DNA from: Amphiscolops sp. MND2022
Lineage: Eukaryota
NCBI GenBank assembly: GCA_964187785.1
Contig: OZ076409.1
Coordinates: forward strand, 50,842,001-50,906,000
Direction: 5' to 3'
DNA length: 64,000 bases
Made by a program: the position numbers and the translations under genes. How positions within the stretch are numbered: position 1 is the stretch's first letter; every line of letters begins with the position of its first letter. This document shows positions 15,001-28,487 of this stretch, piece by piece. The notes under the pieces are model-generated. The model did not search any database. It had not been told where the DNA came from and saw nothing but the letters and a program-made list of their open reading frames with translations.

Positions 15001-18000
15001 AGTACAATAGTTTTAGTGACCTTGAGTTCCATGAAATCTTCGGAGTAATGGAGAATCTGACATGACCGATAATTGGACCATTGTTCCTTCAGAGAAACAA
15101 TACAGTCCTAGATATGAGGCAAGGCATTTTGAATTTCACTTTCTTTTCAGTGCAGCTCAGAACAGCTCATCATCGATGCTCTAATGTTCTTGAACCAATC
15201 CTAAATCCAATTGATATTACTATTACGCCAAATGATAAAGTCCTAATCAGGACAAAATCCGGACTCTATTCTGAGAACGCAGTCACTGGCATCCTCAAGC
15301 CAAGAGACCTTCTACACGAAGACGGGGACATTACATTTTGCTCAGCATTAGTCACATTGACCAATGGTAACATTCAAATACCAGTGAATAAATTCACGCA
15401 TCACCCTTATAAACTCAAGAAGGGACTGCATATTGCTAACTTTTCAGTCGTGACGCAGGAACAGTTGAAACTGTCAAACCGGTCGACCCAGTATCAACAT
15501 GCCATTTACTACAAAAGGACCATGAACAAGCAGCCCTTTATTTCAGCAATCTAATCAAGACAAACAAGAATCCACAAAACTCTGAAAAGTATTGGTTTCC
15601 TCAGAGAATCCTGGAAACCCTGACGAACACACACTTATACAGAGGTGATTTCTACGGGAGTTACAGGCCCCACAAGACCTGGAGACACTTGATCCCACAA
15701 AAGATGAGGATTCCAGGGCAAAGTTCCTAGAAACTGGAAAGATTCCACTCTTGCGCCTGATGAAACAGCGAGGGTTGAAAAACTACTAGTGGAATTTTAT
15801 CTTTGCAAAACACCGATTTGACACTGGCATGAGCGAGGAATTCCAGGTGAAATTGACACCTAAGGACGATTCCCCAGCTGACAGACAACGTCTTCAAGCA
15901 CCGATCAACTTGAAAGAAGACATTCTCGTTGAACTAGCTGAGCTGCACAGATACGGCATAATCACAACACTTCTGTTTTCCGATATACTAGACCAATAAC
16001 TGCGCAGAAAAAAACAAATGGGAAACTCCGACTACTAATAGACTTGAGAAAAACTAACAACTTAACATCGGACGAATAGATTATAAAAATCACCCTGTCA
16101 GCACCCTAACCGATGCTGCCCGGCATATTGCAGGGAAAAAACTTTTTTGTAGTTTGGATTTCTCAAGCATATCATGGCTTACAGATGTTGACACTCAACT
16201 TTGCTAGCCGCACACTTGCATATAGACGTTTGGCGCAAAGCCTTAGCCCGGCGCTGTCCGCATTCACATGTTTCATGAGAGATTACCTTGACAAGGTCAT
16301 CAAGGCGGACCAATGAGCTCAATATGTGGACGACATCGGTATTGCAGCCAATGACGCTGACCACCTCATTGCCAACCTGAGAACAACTTTCAAACGCATT
16401 CAGGAGGCAGGCTTTAAGCTGACGATGGACAAATGTCATTTCGGTGAAACAGAAATTGACTTCCTCGGACGAACCATCGCCCCTCAAGGCGTCACAACCC
16501 CCAAAAGCAAAACGTACAAACTTTCTTCAAAAGACCAAACTTCCGAAGTCGAAAAAGACTTTGCAACGTTATTTCGGGTCCGAAATTATGTCCCAAGACT
16601 GTCGGAACACCTAACCCCATTCTACAGGATGCTCAAAAGTGACGAAAAAGTCCTAGTATCTAAAGAATTGGCTCAACAATTTGAAGAACTTAAGAAAGCA
16701 CTAGACAAATTTTGCGACCTAGCTCTCCAGCAACCTCTTCCCAGCAAGCAGATTGCCCTAATGACAGACTCAAGCTTCGCTGCTGCAGGATATGCAATCC
16801 TGATAGAAGATGACCCCAATCAGAAGTCTACCTAGCTCCGCAAGTCATACGCACCGGTCGCCTATGGTTCAAAAAACTTTACCCCAGCCCAAATCAAGAT
16901 GTCCATTTATGCAAAAGAATTTTTTGCAAATTACTTCGCATTAAAAGAATTTGGACACATTTTCTGCAGAGCGCCAAAGCCGGTCAATTTCCTCACTGAA
17001 ATTAAAATCGTGACACGATTCTTTCAGACAAAGATCGTACCTCCAGCCCTGTCGAAACGCATGTGACTACGTCATACTTTATATATATTTTGTCATATCT
17101 CACATCTCAGGAGTCCAAAACACAGCGGCGGTCTACCTATCTCGTCTAGAGGCGGATCCGAAAGACAAACTAGTCATGAAAAACCGTGAAGACATGCAGA
17201 CTTTGCCAATAGAAGTCAATGTCCAATCAGCAGGAGTGTCCCAAGAAGAACAAATTTTCTAAACAATGAACGACGATGAAACTGAAGAACAATACTGGGC
17301 GAGAAAAATACAATTCTAAAAAATCCCTCCACAGCAGAAACAACCATAACAATTCAGTCAGTTTCTACAAATTTAATAAAACAGTAACCTGAGATACAAG
17401 TCCGATTACGGAAAAGTAACCAGATCATCATCGAGCAATCTAAAGATCAGTGTTACAACAATTGAAAGTAAAACTCCTTCATGAGTAATACTCAGAAAAC
17501 GTACTGCAACAAGATGCGCGATATCGAAACTATGCTTACAATTTAGAGCGAATTGTAGTCAACGAAGAAATCCTGACTATGCAATACTTCGATGAAACAG
17601 GGAACGTAAAATACCATCAAATTCTTCTCCCGCAACGCGCACTCCAGTAAATGCTTCAGTCCCTTCACGGGACAGCCTATAGGCACCCTGGCATATCGAA
17701 AATGTTACAAGAGATCAGACAGAGTATTAATATTATTGTTACTAGTATTATTACCCTAGCATGGCGAAACATGTTAAAAGGTGGGAAGAATGGTGCGAAC
17801 AATGCGCGAAGAATAAACAAGTCCCCAGTTCAACAACCACGCCTGATCTACTCAATTTTTTGGAATGGAACCTTGGACCCGAAGACGCTATTAAAATCGA
17901 CCTATTGCCGAATATTTCCTCAAGTGGAGGATATGAAAATGTCCTAACAGCAATTGATGTCATCTCGTGATGTCTATTCGCTTATCCTCTTACGGATTCA

Positions 18001-18092
18001 TCAGCAATCAATGTAGCAAAAGTCATCATTGATATAATGACCAAACAAGTATACCTACCAACAACGCTGACTACAGACAGAGCAACGATGTT
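12014..18092 (+). mobile_element. Degenerate Ty3/Gypsy retrotransposon 2, 5' part (interrupted in integrase by element A)
   Basis: gag from ~12487 (MPTTRKQKKA) with knuckle-like CNYC and CGTCGTTNH motifs, then protease, RT (YVDDIGIAA at ~16323), RNase H (LMTDSSF), HHCC and integrase start (IDLLP...VLTAIDV). The 5' LTR (~12014-12470) is tentative. Confidence 0.9.
14809..18092 (+). pseudogene. pol: Gypsy 2 pol remnant, 5' part
   Basis: Fragmented ORFs 14809-15048, 15081-15554, 16113-16316, 16326-16835, 17651-17970. Ends ...YLPTTLTTDRATM(F) at the element A junction. Confidence 0.88.
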
Positions 18093-18115
18093 CATTACGA
18101 TACATATCCCCGCAA
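18093..18115 (+). repeat. Element A left terminal inverted repeat
   Basis: First 13 bp match the right end perfectly; one mismatch and one indel over 22-23 bp. Confidence 0.92.
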
Positions 18116-18414
18116 GCAAGTTCCAAGATCTTGCGACTTGCATTAATAACCAATCACAGTGAGTTATTACGATGTTGACTGTTTTACACACTTTTCTCCT
18201 ATTACACCAAGTGATAATTAGTTACACTGAATGACTAAAATTCACTAATTGACTGGTTTACACTATTTCCCGGTCCATAAATTTACACTAATTGACTGAA
18301 TTTCGCACTGATGCAGTACTACGCACTTTGACTAAATTACGCGATTTTCCACTACGCATTTTGACTGAATTACCCCGTCTTACTAATTACGTGGTGTAAA
18401 TTAGTCAAATAGTG

Positions 18415-18942
18415 TAGCACAGTAATGAACTTGACTATTTTACGCGTTTTGTGAGTCATTGGTTTACCTATATTAAAGATGGTTTTATAACCTTTGTTGT
18501 GAAGATTGAAATGCATTAATTTCAGTTCCGAAGATTGATGTTTGAGTTAATGTAAAAAAACATCAATGTTGGTTGATGATTTGTATTGGTGATCTAAGTG
18601 ATTCGAATTTATTCACGAGAATTCAAATCATAAAGTTTATGTTTAAAAATATTGCTTACTGTCATGATCAGTAAGAAATAGGTTCAAATCATAAGGTACC
18701 GTTGAAAATTTTGCTTACTGTCATGATCAGTAAGAAATTAGTTCAAATCATAAGTTACCGTTGAAAATTTTGCTTACAGTCATGATCAGTCAGAAAAAAG
18801 TTCAAATCATAAGGTACCGGTGAAAATTTTGCTTACTGTCATGATCAGTAAGAAATTAATTCAAACAAAGCAGTAAAACGAACTTAAGAGAATTTAGGTT
18901 AATTTTTTCTGAGAAATCATTTTAAATTGGAGAAGATTTGAT
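18415..18942 (+). repeat. ~530-bp subterminal direct repeat, copy 1 (contains ~59-bp tandem units)
   Basis: TAGCACAGTAATGAACTTGACT...GGAGAAGATTTGAT is nearly identical to 43282-43809. Confidence 0.92.
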
Positions 18943-19195
18943 ATTTAATATGATTTGATGGTTTGATGTTGAAGCATGTTTTGTAAGTGTTCCCCAGATT
19001 TGGAATATATTTGAATAACAAAATATTTGAATAACAAATATTGGAAGTTTTGACAACAAGTAGTCATGTTTTGTTTGTTTGACAGTGAGCAAAGTGACGA
19101 GAAACTCTTTGAAGTGAAGTGTCCAAAATGCAGATGGAAAAGCTTCATTCCCAAGAAAAACTGAAACTTCCAGAAATACCCAAATACTTCATTTT

Positions 19196-19395
19196 NNNNN
19201 NNNNNNNNNNNNNNNNNNNNNNNNNNNNNNNNNNNNNNNNNNNNNNNNNNNNNNNNNNNNNNNNNNNNNNNNNNNNNNNNNNNNNNNNNNNNNNNNNNNN
19301 NNNNNNNNNNNNNNNNNNNNNNNNNNNNNNNNNNNNNNNNNNNNNNNNNNNNNNNNNNNNNNNNNNNNNNNNNNNNNNNNNNNNNNNNNNNNNNN
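19196..19395. other. Assembly gap (200 N)
   Basis: Run of N. Confidence 1.
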
Positions 19396-20133
19396 CCCAG
19401 AAGAGTGTGCTTGCTATTTGTTTCTTGTAGGAGATAGCTTTCTAGAGAATAGAGTCATGGTCAGGAAGCAATTAAGTCAAATCATTAAAATACGATCGAG
19501 AAATTTGCTTACTGTCATGATCAGAACTGTTCATTTTAATATATCGTCAGCCAATTAAGTTCCTCCCGCTATATATTTATTCAATTAACGCAATTTGCTG
19601 AGCAGTGCAAGATTATAAGGTACTGAAATCCAATTGACTACAAGGATCGGTGGCATAAACGGTAGCATACAAGGCTGTCGATCTCTAGGACTGGGTTCAT
19701 TTCCCGGTGATGAAATTTTTTTTCATAATTGAAATTTAATTGGAATAAAAAATCAAAATTATACAAGATTACGGAACCAAAAATTGTCTAAATATTGTCA
19801 ATGCATACAGTGGGGGTAGAGGCTTTTCTTCTACAGTGGGGGAAATATCAGCCGGTGAAATTCTGAGAAAAGATCCTCAAGTTAACGTTGAGATCCGTTT
19901 TTCGAGAGAGAAATAAAAGATTTTGGCGAAAAAAAAGAATTAAATTGATCATTTTTTTTCATCATGACACCTTCAAGGGTCACCTTCGTCGTCATGTTTC
20001 TTTTCCAATGATTCTTTTTTTCTTTTCTTTTCACAACACATAATCATCATGATAATGATTATGATGATCAAATAAGCTCTTGATAAATGCAAATATTTCA
20101 AAAAATTCAAACATTTTTTACATTAAATGAACA

Positions 20134-20637
20134 CAGGCATGCGCAAAATACAATTGCCATAATATTTTCATCGAATATAAATAATGGTGTACGGTCCAAC
20201 CTGCCAGTGTGCAATAAATAATGGCCCTGAACCTCTTTCAAAAAATAAATAGTGGACATTATTTCAATTTTTTACCATTAACGGAATGAAAAAGCATGTT
20301 GTTCTCAGTATTTACAGACTAAAAATGTGTCTCTGTAGCGCACCGGGTCACCGTGATATCTTGATTTGTTTAACCAATCAGATTTCAATCAACATATCAG
20401 CGTTTGTGAGGAATTCAAACCACCAGATAACGTATTTCGAGACAACGTTACTGAGAAATAGGCCAGAGAGTAAATATTGGCCAATTCTGAAATAATGGGA
20501 AAGTATAGGAAACTCAGAAAACAATTTATGGCCCTGAAAAATTCTTTAAAAAGAAATAATGGATATGGTTTCGTTATCAGCAATAAAAAGTTTTATGGCC
20601 CTTATTTTTTCCCTACATGATTTTTTGCGCATGCCTG
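20134..20637. mobile_element. Non-autonomous hAT-type MITE
   Basis: 15-bp TIR CAGGCATGCGCAAAA and 8-bp TSD AATGAACA on both sides. Confidence 0.92.
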
Positions 20638-21426
20638 AATGAACAGTAATCACTCAAGGTCAGTTATTGCAGTAATAAAGGAATTTGAATAGGTCTATAG
20701 GCTATCATAACTAGCACTTTGAATTGATTTTCGACAAGCACTTAACTTAATGAAGGAGGAAAACTCAGCCGCGTTTACAGTAACTTGCGAAATTTGAGCC
20801 ATACCGGTCGAGTAAAAAAGTTAATTGCGTTGGTTCTTTTCTGCTTTCTCGGAAATAAATTTGTGAAATCATTAAAATAAAAAGACTTAGAACTGACTGA
20901 ATTAGAAACACTTACTTTTGTATTTATTCTCGGAAATCTTTGCACTTCTTATAGGTTAAGTTCTCATTTAACTTTTATTGAATGACTGGGGTCGTTATTA
21001 CTGCAATCCCTGGCTACAACCAATCTAAGTTTAACTAAAATAGGACGGACAACTAGTTTGGTACACTGTAGCAGCAGTTGTTTGATACACTGTTATTTGA
21101 TACACTGGCAGCCTGTTGTTTGATACACTGGAAAGGATACGACTTGACACTAATTGAGTTCGTAATAAGCCTGACTCCCAGATTGACACACATCAGCTAC
21201 TGGCACCAAGCTTGTACGCGCTGACTCATGATGGCGGCCAGAAAACGATTCCTCTGGGGCTTGAATTCTGGAAATTATAATTTCAGAATGATAATCTTTC
21301 AATAATTCGATGATGATTTTGCTTCTTTCAAAATCAAGAACGATAGCTTCAAAAAAGAAATATGAGTGGTAAGTAACATGACATCTGGTGACCAGATTTG
21401 ACTCAAGTTGAAAGAGTTCCTCAAAT

Positions 21427-24400
21427 TTACTTTGGAATGAATTTTGAAGTAGCCTCAAGATTAAATTTGTACGAATTACCTGTCTCGCGGGGAATGGAGG
21501 TGCATTTCAATATCCCGATTGACTTCATAGTCTCAGCCACGGAAGGGTGCTGGTATGCAACAACTTCAGGTGTTGAGATGTGTTGCTCGTACTGCCGCTC
21601 TGGGGGGGATGCTACTAAGGAGGAAAGCAAAGGGTAAGGGGCGAGAACGATCAGCTCATCATTTGTGAAGGCGCTGTCAGGAATTCTGTCACCATCATCG
21701 TTTCTCGTTGTCCACTTCGCAGGATAGTGAGCTCGGGACAGGTTCAAATAACGGGACAGGTCTGACAGGCAAGCTACAGAGACTTGGTTCTCAAATCTGC
21801 TGAGGGTGAATATCTGATCGTCAAGATATTCTCTGGAGAAACGAGGGTAGAGCTGAAAAATAAAAGATGTCAATACTAAAGATCTTCCTCAAATTGAATA
21901 CTTCAAGTTCTCATTCTGAAAATGTTTAGTCATTCAAAAAACAATGTTCCCGTTACATAATCGAAAACAACTTGTTCGCAACAACTAATCTCACCATTTG
22001 CACTTCCTGTTCATTGTAGATGCTGTCGATTGCCCTATGCATCACACGGAAGTCTCTAATCATCATACAGCCTGAGGACTGTGCAGCTTTGTGGAGCAAT
22101 ATGGCGAACAGCTCAGGAAGACCTGGGAACTTGTCATGCGCTGGAAAGGATGACTCATTCTCAATGGAAGATCGAATCAAATCGGAGTGGCCTTCTGCGA
22201 GAAAATTCGACCCCACAGCGATTGAGTTCCCTTTCGTGAGGACGAAGTGCAGGAATTGTGATGGCATCACAAGTATGTCACCAGGTTTCACAGTGATCAC
22301 TGCACATCCGCCCTCCAAACGTTTATGGCAAGCGAAAAATGTTGGCCTGTAACAAAACAGAAGAACATCAGTTTGTTTTGATATCCATAAACCAGAATGG
22401 TTGATAAATATTGGTTGAGAAATTTGAAAGATCGAAGAAAGCTTTCAAAGGTTCATTGTGCCTCAACTTGAATGTTTTGAATACATCAAAGTTTGAAGAG
22501 GTTTAATGAATTCATTTCATCGTTTTAAACAATATTATTTTTCCAGAACATCATTTATAAATCATTGAATTAACAAAACTTAACCATAAATTAAAAAAAC
22601 TGATTTGATTGATGTTTTTTTTAAAAAAATCGGATTTTAATTGATTCCTGATACTAAAACATTTTGAATACAATGAAATTCAGCAACATTTGGACTATTA
22701 TTAGCTATTAAAATTGGGTCCACTAACTGTGCATCTGTCTCTTGGCTAGTGTATTGATTGAATAGCTCAATATTACTCTGCGTCGGTGCCACTAGGAAAA
22801 AAATCTTCTCGCCCGTAAGTACAGTGTACTTCACGGACGTTGCAGAGAGGTCCTGGTGCCAAGTGGTCTGGCATCCATCGTTCGACACGAGCAGGTAATA
22901 TGAGGTAGCACAAGAGAACGGTTCTGATCTGTCTCCGAGGATCTCATCAACAAAGGGGTTGATGGATGTTTGCTGAATCATCGTCGGGACAGTGTACAAT
23001 TTCTGAAAAAAAAACCATAATTGGGATTAATCTCAAACCGATCATGACAGTAAACAAAATGGGTTGATACCATAATTGGGGTTAATCTCAAATCGATCAT
23101 GACAGTAAACAAAATGTGTTGATATCATAATTGGGATTAATCTCAAACCGATCATGACAGTAAACAAAATGGGTTGATACCATAATTGGGATTAATCTCA
23201 AAGTGATCATGACAGTAAACAAAACACAAAAATTGCACCTTTGGTTTCAATTGAATGTCGATTACATTCAGAGGGTAGAAAGGGCTGCTGGTGTCATCCC
23301 GGAGGAACTCATCCCGCACAGCGTCAAGGGTCAAATCACGTGTCTAAAAGTGAGAAAAAAGAGCAAATCACACCCCTGAATTAAACCATCAATTCAACTT
23401 TCTGTTTGAAATTTGAAATACTTTTTCGAATAGTATTTACTGTTTCGAGAAATTTTGTTTTGAAGTCACTTTGTTGTGAAATGAGCATGAATACTTGATC
23501 AATTTTACCTCTCCAAGTTTTGCTGACTTGACGTTGATGGTATGATCCGGATGCTGGAGATTCTGGGGTTGGAGAAGCTTCACCAGCTGATCGAAAAATG
23601 GCTTTTTGGCTTGAGGCAGTTTAATTTGCCGACAATGATCAACCCCATTCTGCCAAACTATGGGGATACCATTCCTGATCAACTGAGAGACTTTCCTCGC
23701 TTGATCTTTTATGGGACCATTCCATCTCGCAATAGGGAACTCCGGGGAACTTAGCGGTACGTCCAGACAAAATTGGAAGTATGCAGGAGAGCCAAAAACA
23801 TCAGGGGGCGTGGCATGAAAGTCACTTGGAGCGGGACACTCGCTTGATGAGGGGGAATCGGATAGGTCATCAACCTGTATAAGTAGAAAACGACACTTTA
23901 TGACACATAACAGCGGAATACGGGACAGTGAAAAAACGAACGAGCTGGGAAATTGAAGCCAAAATTATGTACTGTTGAAGTCTCCTGCATGTGAGCATGC
24001 TAATTATTCAATTCCCCAGAAGTATTTAAAACCTCCCACTTTAAAAAAAGAAATATATGCCTTCTACATCATAATGATTACGAATTAAAATTAAATTGAG
24101 TCAAGTTGATATTCAGTATTGGGGATGATTTTGGGTAATAACTGATCTTATGAGTCAATGATATAATGATTTAGTACCTTACTAATGATTTAGTGCCTTG
24201 CATAACTCACTTGTGTCTTGCAGCTCGGATGTTTGGAGATGTGGATTTGCAGGTCGTATGAATACGAAAACGTCTTGCCACATCCATAGCACTTGTGACT
24301 TTGGCGTCTCCCTCCGCGTGCTGCCTCTGTAAATTACAATCATATTTTGCACCGTGACGTTGAATCATGGATTAACAGATTTGATCTGATGTTCAAAGCT

Positions 24401-25108
24401 TAGATACAATTGTTTACTGGCGCGATAGGATCAAAGTAGCGATTTGATCTGATGTTAAAAGTTTAGATAATTTTGTTTATTGGTATGATCGGATCAAATT
24501 AGCGATTTGATTTGATGTTAAAAGTTTAGATAATTTTGTTTACTGGCATGATCGGATCAAATTAGCGATTTGATCTGATGTTCAAAGTTTAGATAATTTT
24601 GTTTACTGGCATGATCAGATCAAATTAGCGATTTGATCTTATGTTCAAAGTTTAGATAAATTTGTTTACTGGCATGATCAGATCAAAATAGCGAATTGAT
24701 CTGATGTTCAAAAGGTAAATAAATTTGTTTACTGGTATGAACAAATCACTTACTGTACTTGTACATGGTGATCGCTTCTCCTTTTCTTTTCAAGTCACGC
24801 TGCTTCACACAGTATTTGGTCAACTGATGCTTCTTCATGAACTTGGCCTGCATCAGTACCTGTCCACACTGCTCGCAAGTTCGCTGCCTGAGCTTCCACT
24901 CCTCTCTTGACTCATGGAGGCAGGTGGACTTCTGGTGGCGCGTGACGTTGCTTTTCACTTTGGACGAGTAGTCACAAGTTCCTTGTCCGCAGTGAAAAAG
25001 CTTGCTCGACGGAGAATATCGAGGTGTGGGTGCTGCCGGGGTAGAATCGGAACCCTGAGGGGATGCTGCTGAGGTAGAAGTGGCGAGAGCACTTTCACTT
25101 GGAAACAT
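21427..25108 (-). CDS. Spliced C2H2 zinc-finger (x3) + JmjC histone demethylase-like gene (KDM7/PHF8/KDM2 type), element A
   Basis: Phase-compatible GT-AG exons: 25108-24754 (two fingers), 24326-24211 (third finger CYGCGKTFSYSYDLQIHISKH), 23874-23509, 23343-23239, ~23002-22728 (WHQDLSATSV..GEKIFFLVAPT), ~22346-21996 (PGDILVMPSQFLHFVLT..GSNF), ~21852 onward. H-x-D...H iron triad is intact. The 3' end is uncertain and may continue to 21150 by frameshift. Confidence 0.88.
23006..23225. repeat. Intronic 55-bp tandem repeat x4 carrying the element A motif
   Basis: CATAATTGGGATTAATCTCAAACCGATCATGACAGTAAACAAAA repeated every 55 bp. Confidence 0.9.
24375..24740. repeat. Intronic ~63-bp tandem repeat x6 carrying the element A motif
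   Basis: GATTTGATCTGATGTTCAAAGTTTAGATAATTTTGTTTACTGGCATGATC units. Confidence 0.9.
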
Positions 25109-25189
25109 GAAAACTAAAAAATGGGATCATGAAGGTTTTCTCAAAATATTCTTAGGAAGAAATTGAAAAAGCTGAAAGACTATAGAAAA

Positions 25190-25625
25190 ACATGAAAAGG
25201 TCTGAGTGATCATGCCAAAACCATGAAAAGGCATGAGTCACCCTGTCAAAAACATGGAAAAGTCTGAGTGACCATGTCAAAAACAAGAATTGGTCTGATT
25301 GACAAGGTCAAAAACATAGGAGGGTCTGAGTGACCATGTCATAAACAAGAATAGGTCTGAGTGACCATGTCAAAACTTGAATAGGTCTGAGTGACCATGT
25401 CAAAACTTGAATAGGTCTGAGTGACCATGTCAAAAACATGAATATGTCTGAGTGACCAATTGAAAAACATGAAAAGGTCTGAGTGACCATGTCAAAAACA
25501 TGAAAAGATTTGACTGACAATGTCAAAAACATGAAAAGGTCTGAGTGACCAATTCAAAAACATGAAAAGGTCTGAGTGACCAATTCAAAAACATGAAAAG
25601 CCTTGGGGTCTGAGTGACCATGTCA
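25190..25625. repeat. ~30-33-bp minisatellite (GGTCTGAGTGACCATGTCAAAA)
   Basis: More than ten units. The same unit occurs inverted at 33515-33910, 37113-37388 and 37828-37870. Confidence 0.9.
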
Positions 25626-27447
25626 TGAAACAACATGAAAACACACGATGAACTAAATTTAAACTGAAACACTTTGATTCCTAGTGATTTTTTCTTTTGC
25701 ATGGCTTCGATAGCCAGACATTGTCTTATAATTAACATTTGACAATAGAGCGACGTGGACATTAATGTTTTTGTTGAAATTGAGGCTGCAGGATTTGTCA
25801 ACGTTGAACTTCAATGAAACGACCCAAGCTGTCCCGTCAGCAACTTTGTCCCATTCGTGTCCTAGAACAGTGTCCCACACAGCTGTTGAGTACTGTCCTT
25901 CTTCTTTCAAACTGTAAGTGACTGAACCTCCTCCAGCAGGAATACCAAATGCATGAATCAAAACGGAGCAGCTTGGAGCAATGTCTTTCTTGAAGTCCCT
26001 AATTCTAGATTGATCGCTATGAAAATGCATCAGCAAGTGCTTCAGGTTAGAGTACGCCCAGTATACTTTCGCATAATTATTGTCAAAAGGAACATCTGGG
26101 GTACTATGAAGTGGCAAAGTCCGATCTTTCTTCATGTAAGAAAGAGGTACCGTTGATTTGAAGAAAGGGTCATCTTCTTTCTCAACTTCGATGAATAGTC
26201 TCGAGTCTTCGATGAAAATCCCGAACACCCTCCACGAGAACTCAGTGCCCACCACGTTTACGATGTCTCATTTAACTGCAACCCCATTTTTGATTGGGAC
26301 GGAAACAAGCTCTACACGACCTTCAGGTTTCGTTAGGAAAGGTTCGGCTAGTCCTCCAGAAAGCACCTTCGCTAATTTCGGTTTCTTTCTAGAAGGCAGT
26401 TCAGTTCGGATGTTGCAATCGTCTTCTGTATCTTCTTCTGTTTCTTCTCGAAGCGTCACTCTCTTTTTCTTGTGAGATTCTTCATGCTTTCCCGGTCGTA
26501 GTTGAAAGTAAGAAATTGTCGTAGTCTTGGGGTCTGAGTGACCATGTCATGAAACAACATGAAAACACACGATGAACTAAATTTAAACTGAAACACTTTG
26601 ATTCCTAGTGATTTTTTCTTTTGCATGGCTTCGATAGCCAGACATTGTCTTATAATTAACATTTGACAATAGAGCGACGTGGACATTAATGTTTTTGCTG
26701 AAATTGAGGCTGCAGGATTTGTCAACGTTGAACTTCAATGAAACGACCCAAGCTGTCCCATCAGCAACTTTGTCCCATTCGTGTCCTAGAACAGTGTCCC
26801 ACACAGCTGTTGAGTACTGTCCTTCTTCTTTCAAACTGTAAGTGACTGAACCTCCTCCAGCAGGAATACCAAATGCATGAATCAAAACGGAGCAGCTTGG
26901 AGCAATGTCTTTCTTGAAGTCCCTAATTCTAGATTGATCGCTATGAAAATGCATCAGCAAGTGCTTCAGGTTAGAGTACGCCCAGTATACTTTCGCATAA
27001 TTATTGTCAAAAGGAACATCTGGGGTACTATGAAGTGGCAAAGTCCGATCTTTCTTCATGTAAGAAAGAGGTACCGTTGATTTGAAGAAAGGGTCATCTT
27101 CTTTCTCAACTTCGATGAATAGTCTCGAGTCTTCGATGAAAATCCCGAACACCCTCCACGAGAACTCAGTGCCCACCACGTTTACGATGTCTCATTTAAC
27201 TGCAACCCCATTTTTGATTGGGACGGAAACAAGCTCTACACGACCTTCAGGTTTCGTTAGGAAAGGTTCGGCTAGTCCTCCAGAAAGCACCTTCGCTAAT
27301 TTCGGTTTCTTTCTAGAAGGCAGTTCAGTTCGGATGTTGCAATCGTCGTCTGTATCTTCTTCTGTTTCTTCTCGAAGCGTCACTCTCTTTTTCTTGTGAG
27401 ATTCTTCATGCTTTCCCGGTCGTAGTTGAAAGTAAGAAATTGTCGTA
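25602..27447. repeat. 924-bp-period tandem duplication of the 3' part of the unknown cargo gene
   Basis: ORFs 25659-26255 and 26583-27179 are offset by 924 bp and differ by one residue. Confidence 0.95.
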
Positions 27448-27851
27448 AGATCAATTCCATCTAGCTGGTCGTCAAAAAATTTCCCGTCTTCAATTGGGAC
27501 GACTACAGGTGACACAAGCATCTGTTTTCTAAAGGGATCATTTTTCATGACATATCCCTCTTTCACGTTCCTCGTCAGTACTCCATCTCGTTCCATTGAT
27601 TCCGTGTAATGAATCGGATCATTTCTGACTCGCTTTTCTTTGAAGTAGCCAAGAACTTCAAGACTGAGGACCAACTCAATTCGCCTGCTGTAACTTGCGG
27701 CTGTGCCCTCGTTTTCTCTGATAGGCCATTTTTCAGGAAATTCGTGGAAGCGTGGTGGCGCTTCTACAATTCCGTTAGCGTACTTGCTTGAGTAGTTCAG
27801 CCATTGTACGGTGGCCTGAAAAAAAGCCATCATGGTCATGGTCATGATCAC
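26583..27851 (-). pseudogene. Unknown cargo gene of element A (~420 codons, one in-frame TGA at 27192-27194); homologue of 48327-49640
   Basis: ORFs 27192-27851 and 26583-27179 are in the same frame. Shared blocks with the B gene: NDPF, VP..NG....I....G.EF, D..LG..WD. True start may be further upstream or spliced. Confidence 0.78.
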
Positions 27852-28419
27852 CTGAATCTATTTGAATATAATTGGAAAATGGATATTGGTGGGAGTTTCC
27901 CAAAGTGTAAGGCTTCATTTATTGCTAGTTTTATGAACAAAAAAATGCTCCGCTCCCATTTTTTGTTTTCCCGGCGATTTTCACACACAAAAACTATCAC
28001 GGGATTGAGAAATGTATCATGATACATGTATCAAGATATCATTTTGAAGTTTATAAATTTAAAACATCTTGAAGCTTGAAGCTCATACTAATACAGTTTA
28101 CAGTGTTTTTAGGAAAAAACTATACCGCCAGAATCATATTGTTTGGGAAATTTTTCCGTCAAAATTTTTCTGGAATCAAAAATTTGTAAGTGGGTCAAAA
28201 AATGAAAAAAAAACTAAAGAATGATGTTTTGGAAATTGCTCTCGACCAATGAAATGAGCGCGTGAGGCATTGATCAGCAAAGGATATTTGTTTGTTTGGT
28301 TTCCTTCCGCATGAAATGTTGCTTCTTCCAGAATCACTACTGTTTAGTCACGAAACGTGAAAAATGAAAAAAAAATTCTGAAAAACTTCGGTAGTGGAAA
28401 AAACAGAAATGAGCAAAAA

Positions 28420-28487
28420 CACTCGCCCGGAATCGAACCCACACACAAGATATGAGAATAAAGGCAATTAACCACTGAGCTACCGAT
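28420..28487 (-). repeat. tRNA-derived (SINE-like) remnant
   Basis: Minus strand TAGCTCAGTGGTTAA (A box) ... GGTTCGATTCC (B box); no convincing cloverleaf. Confidence 0.5.

Noticed and set aside
23006..25625. CRISPR-like arrays
   Set aside because: Head-to-tail units without unique spacers, no cas genes, eukaryotic context.
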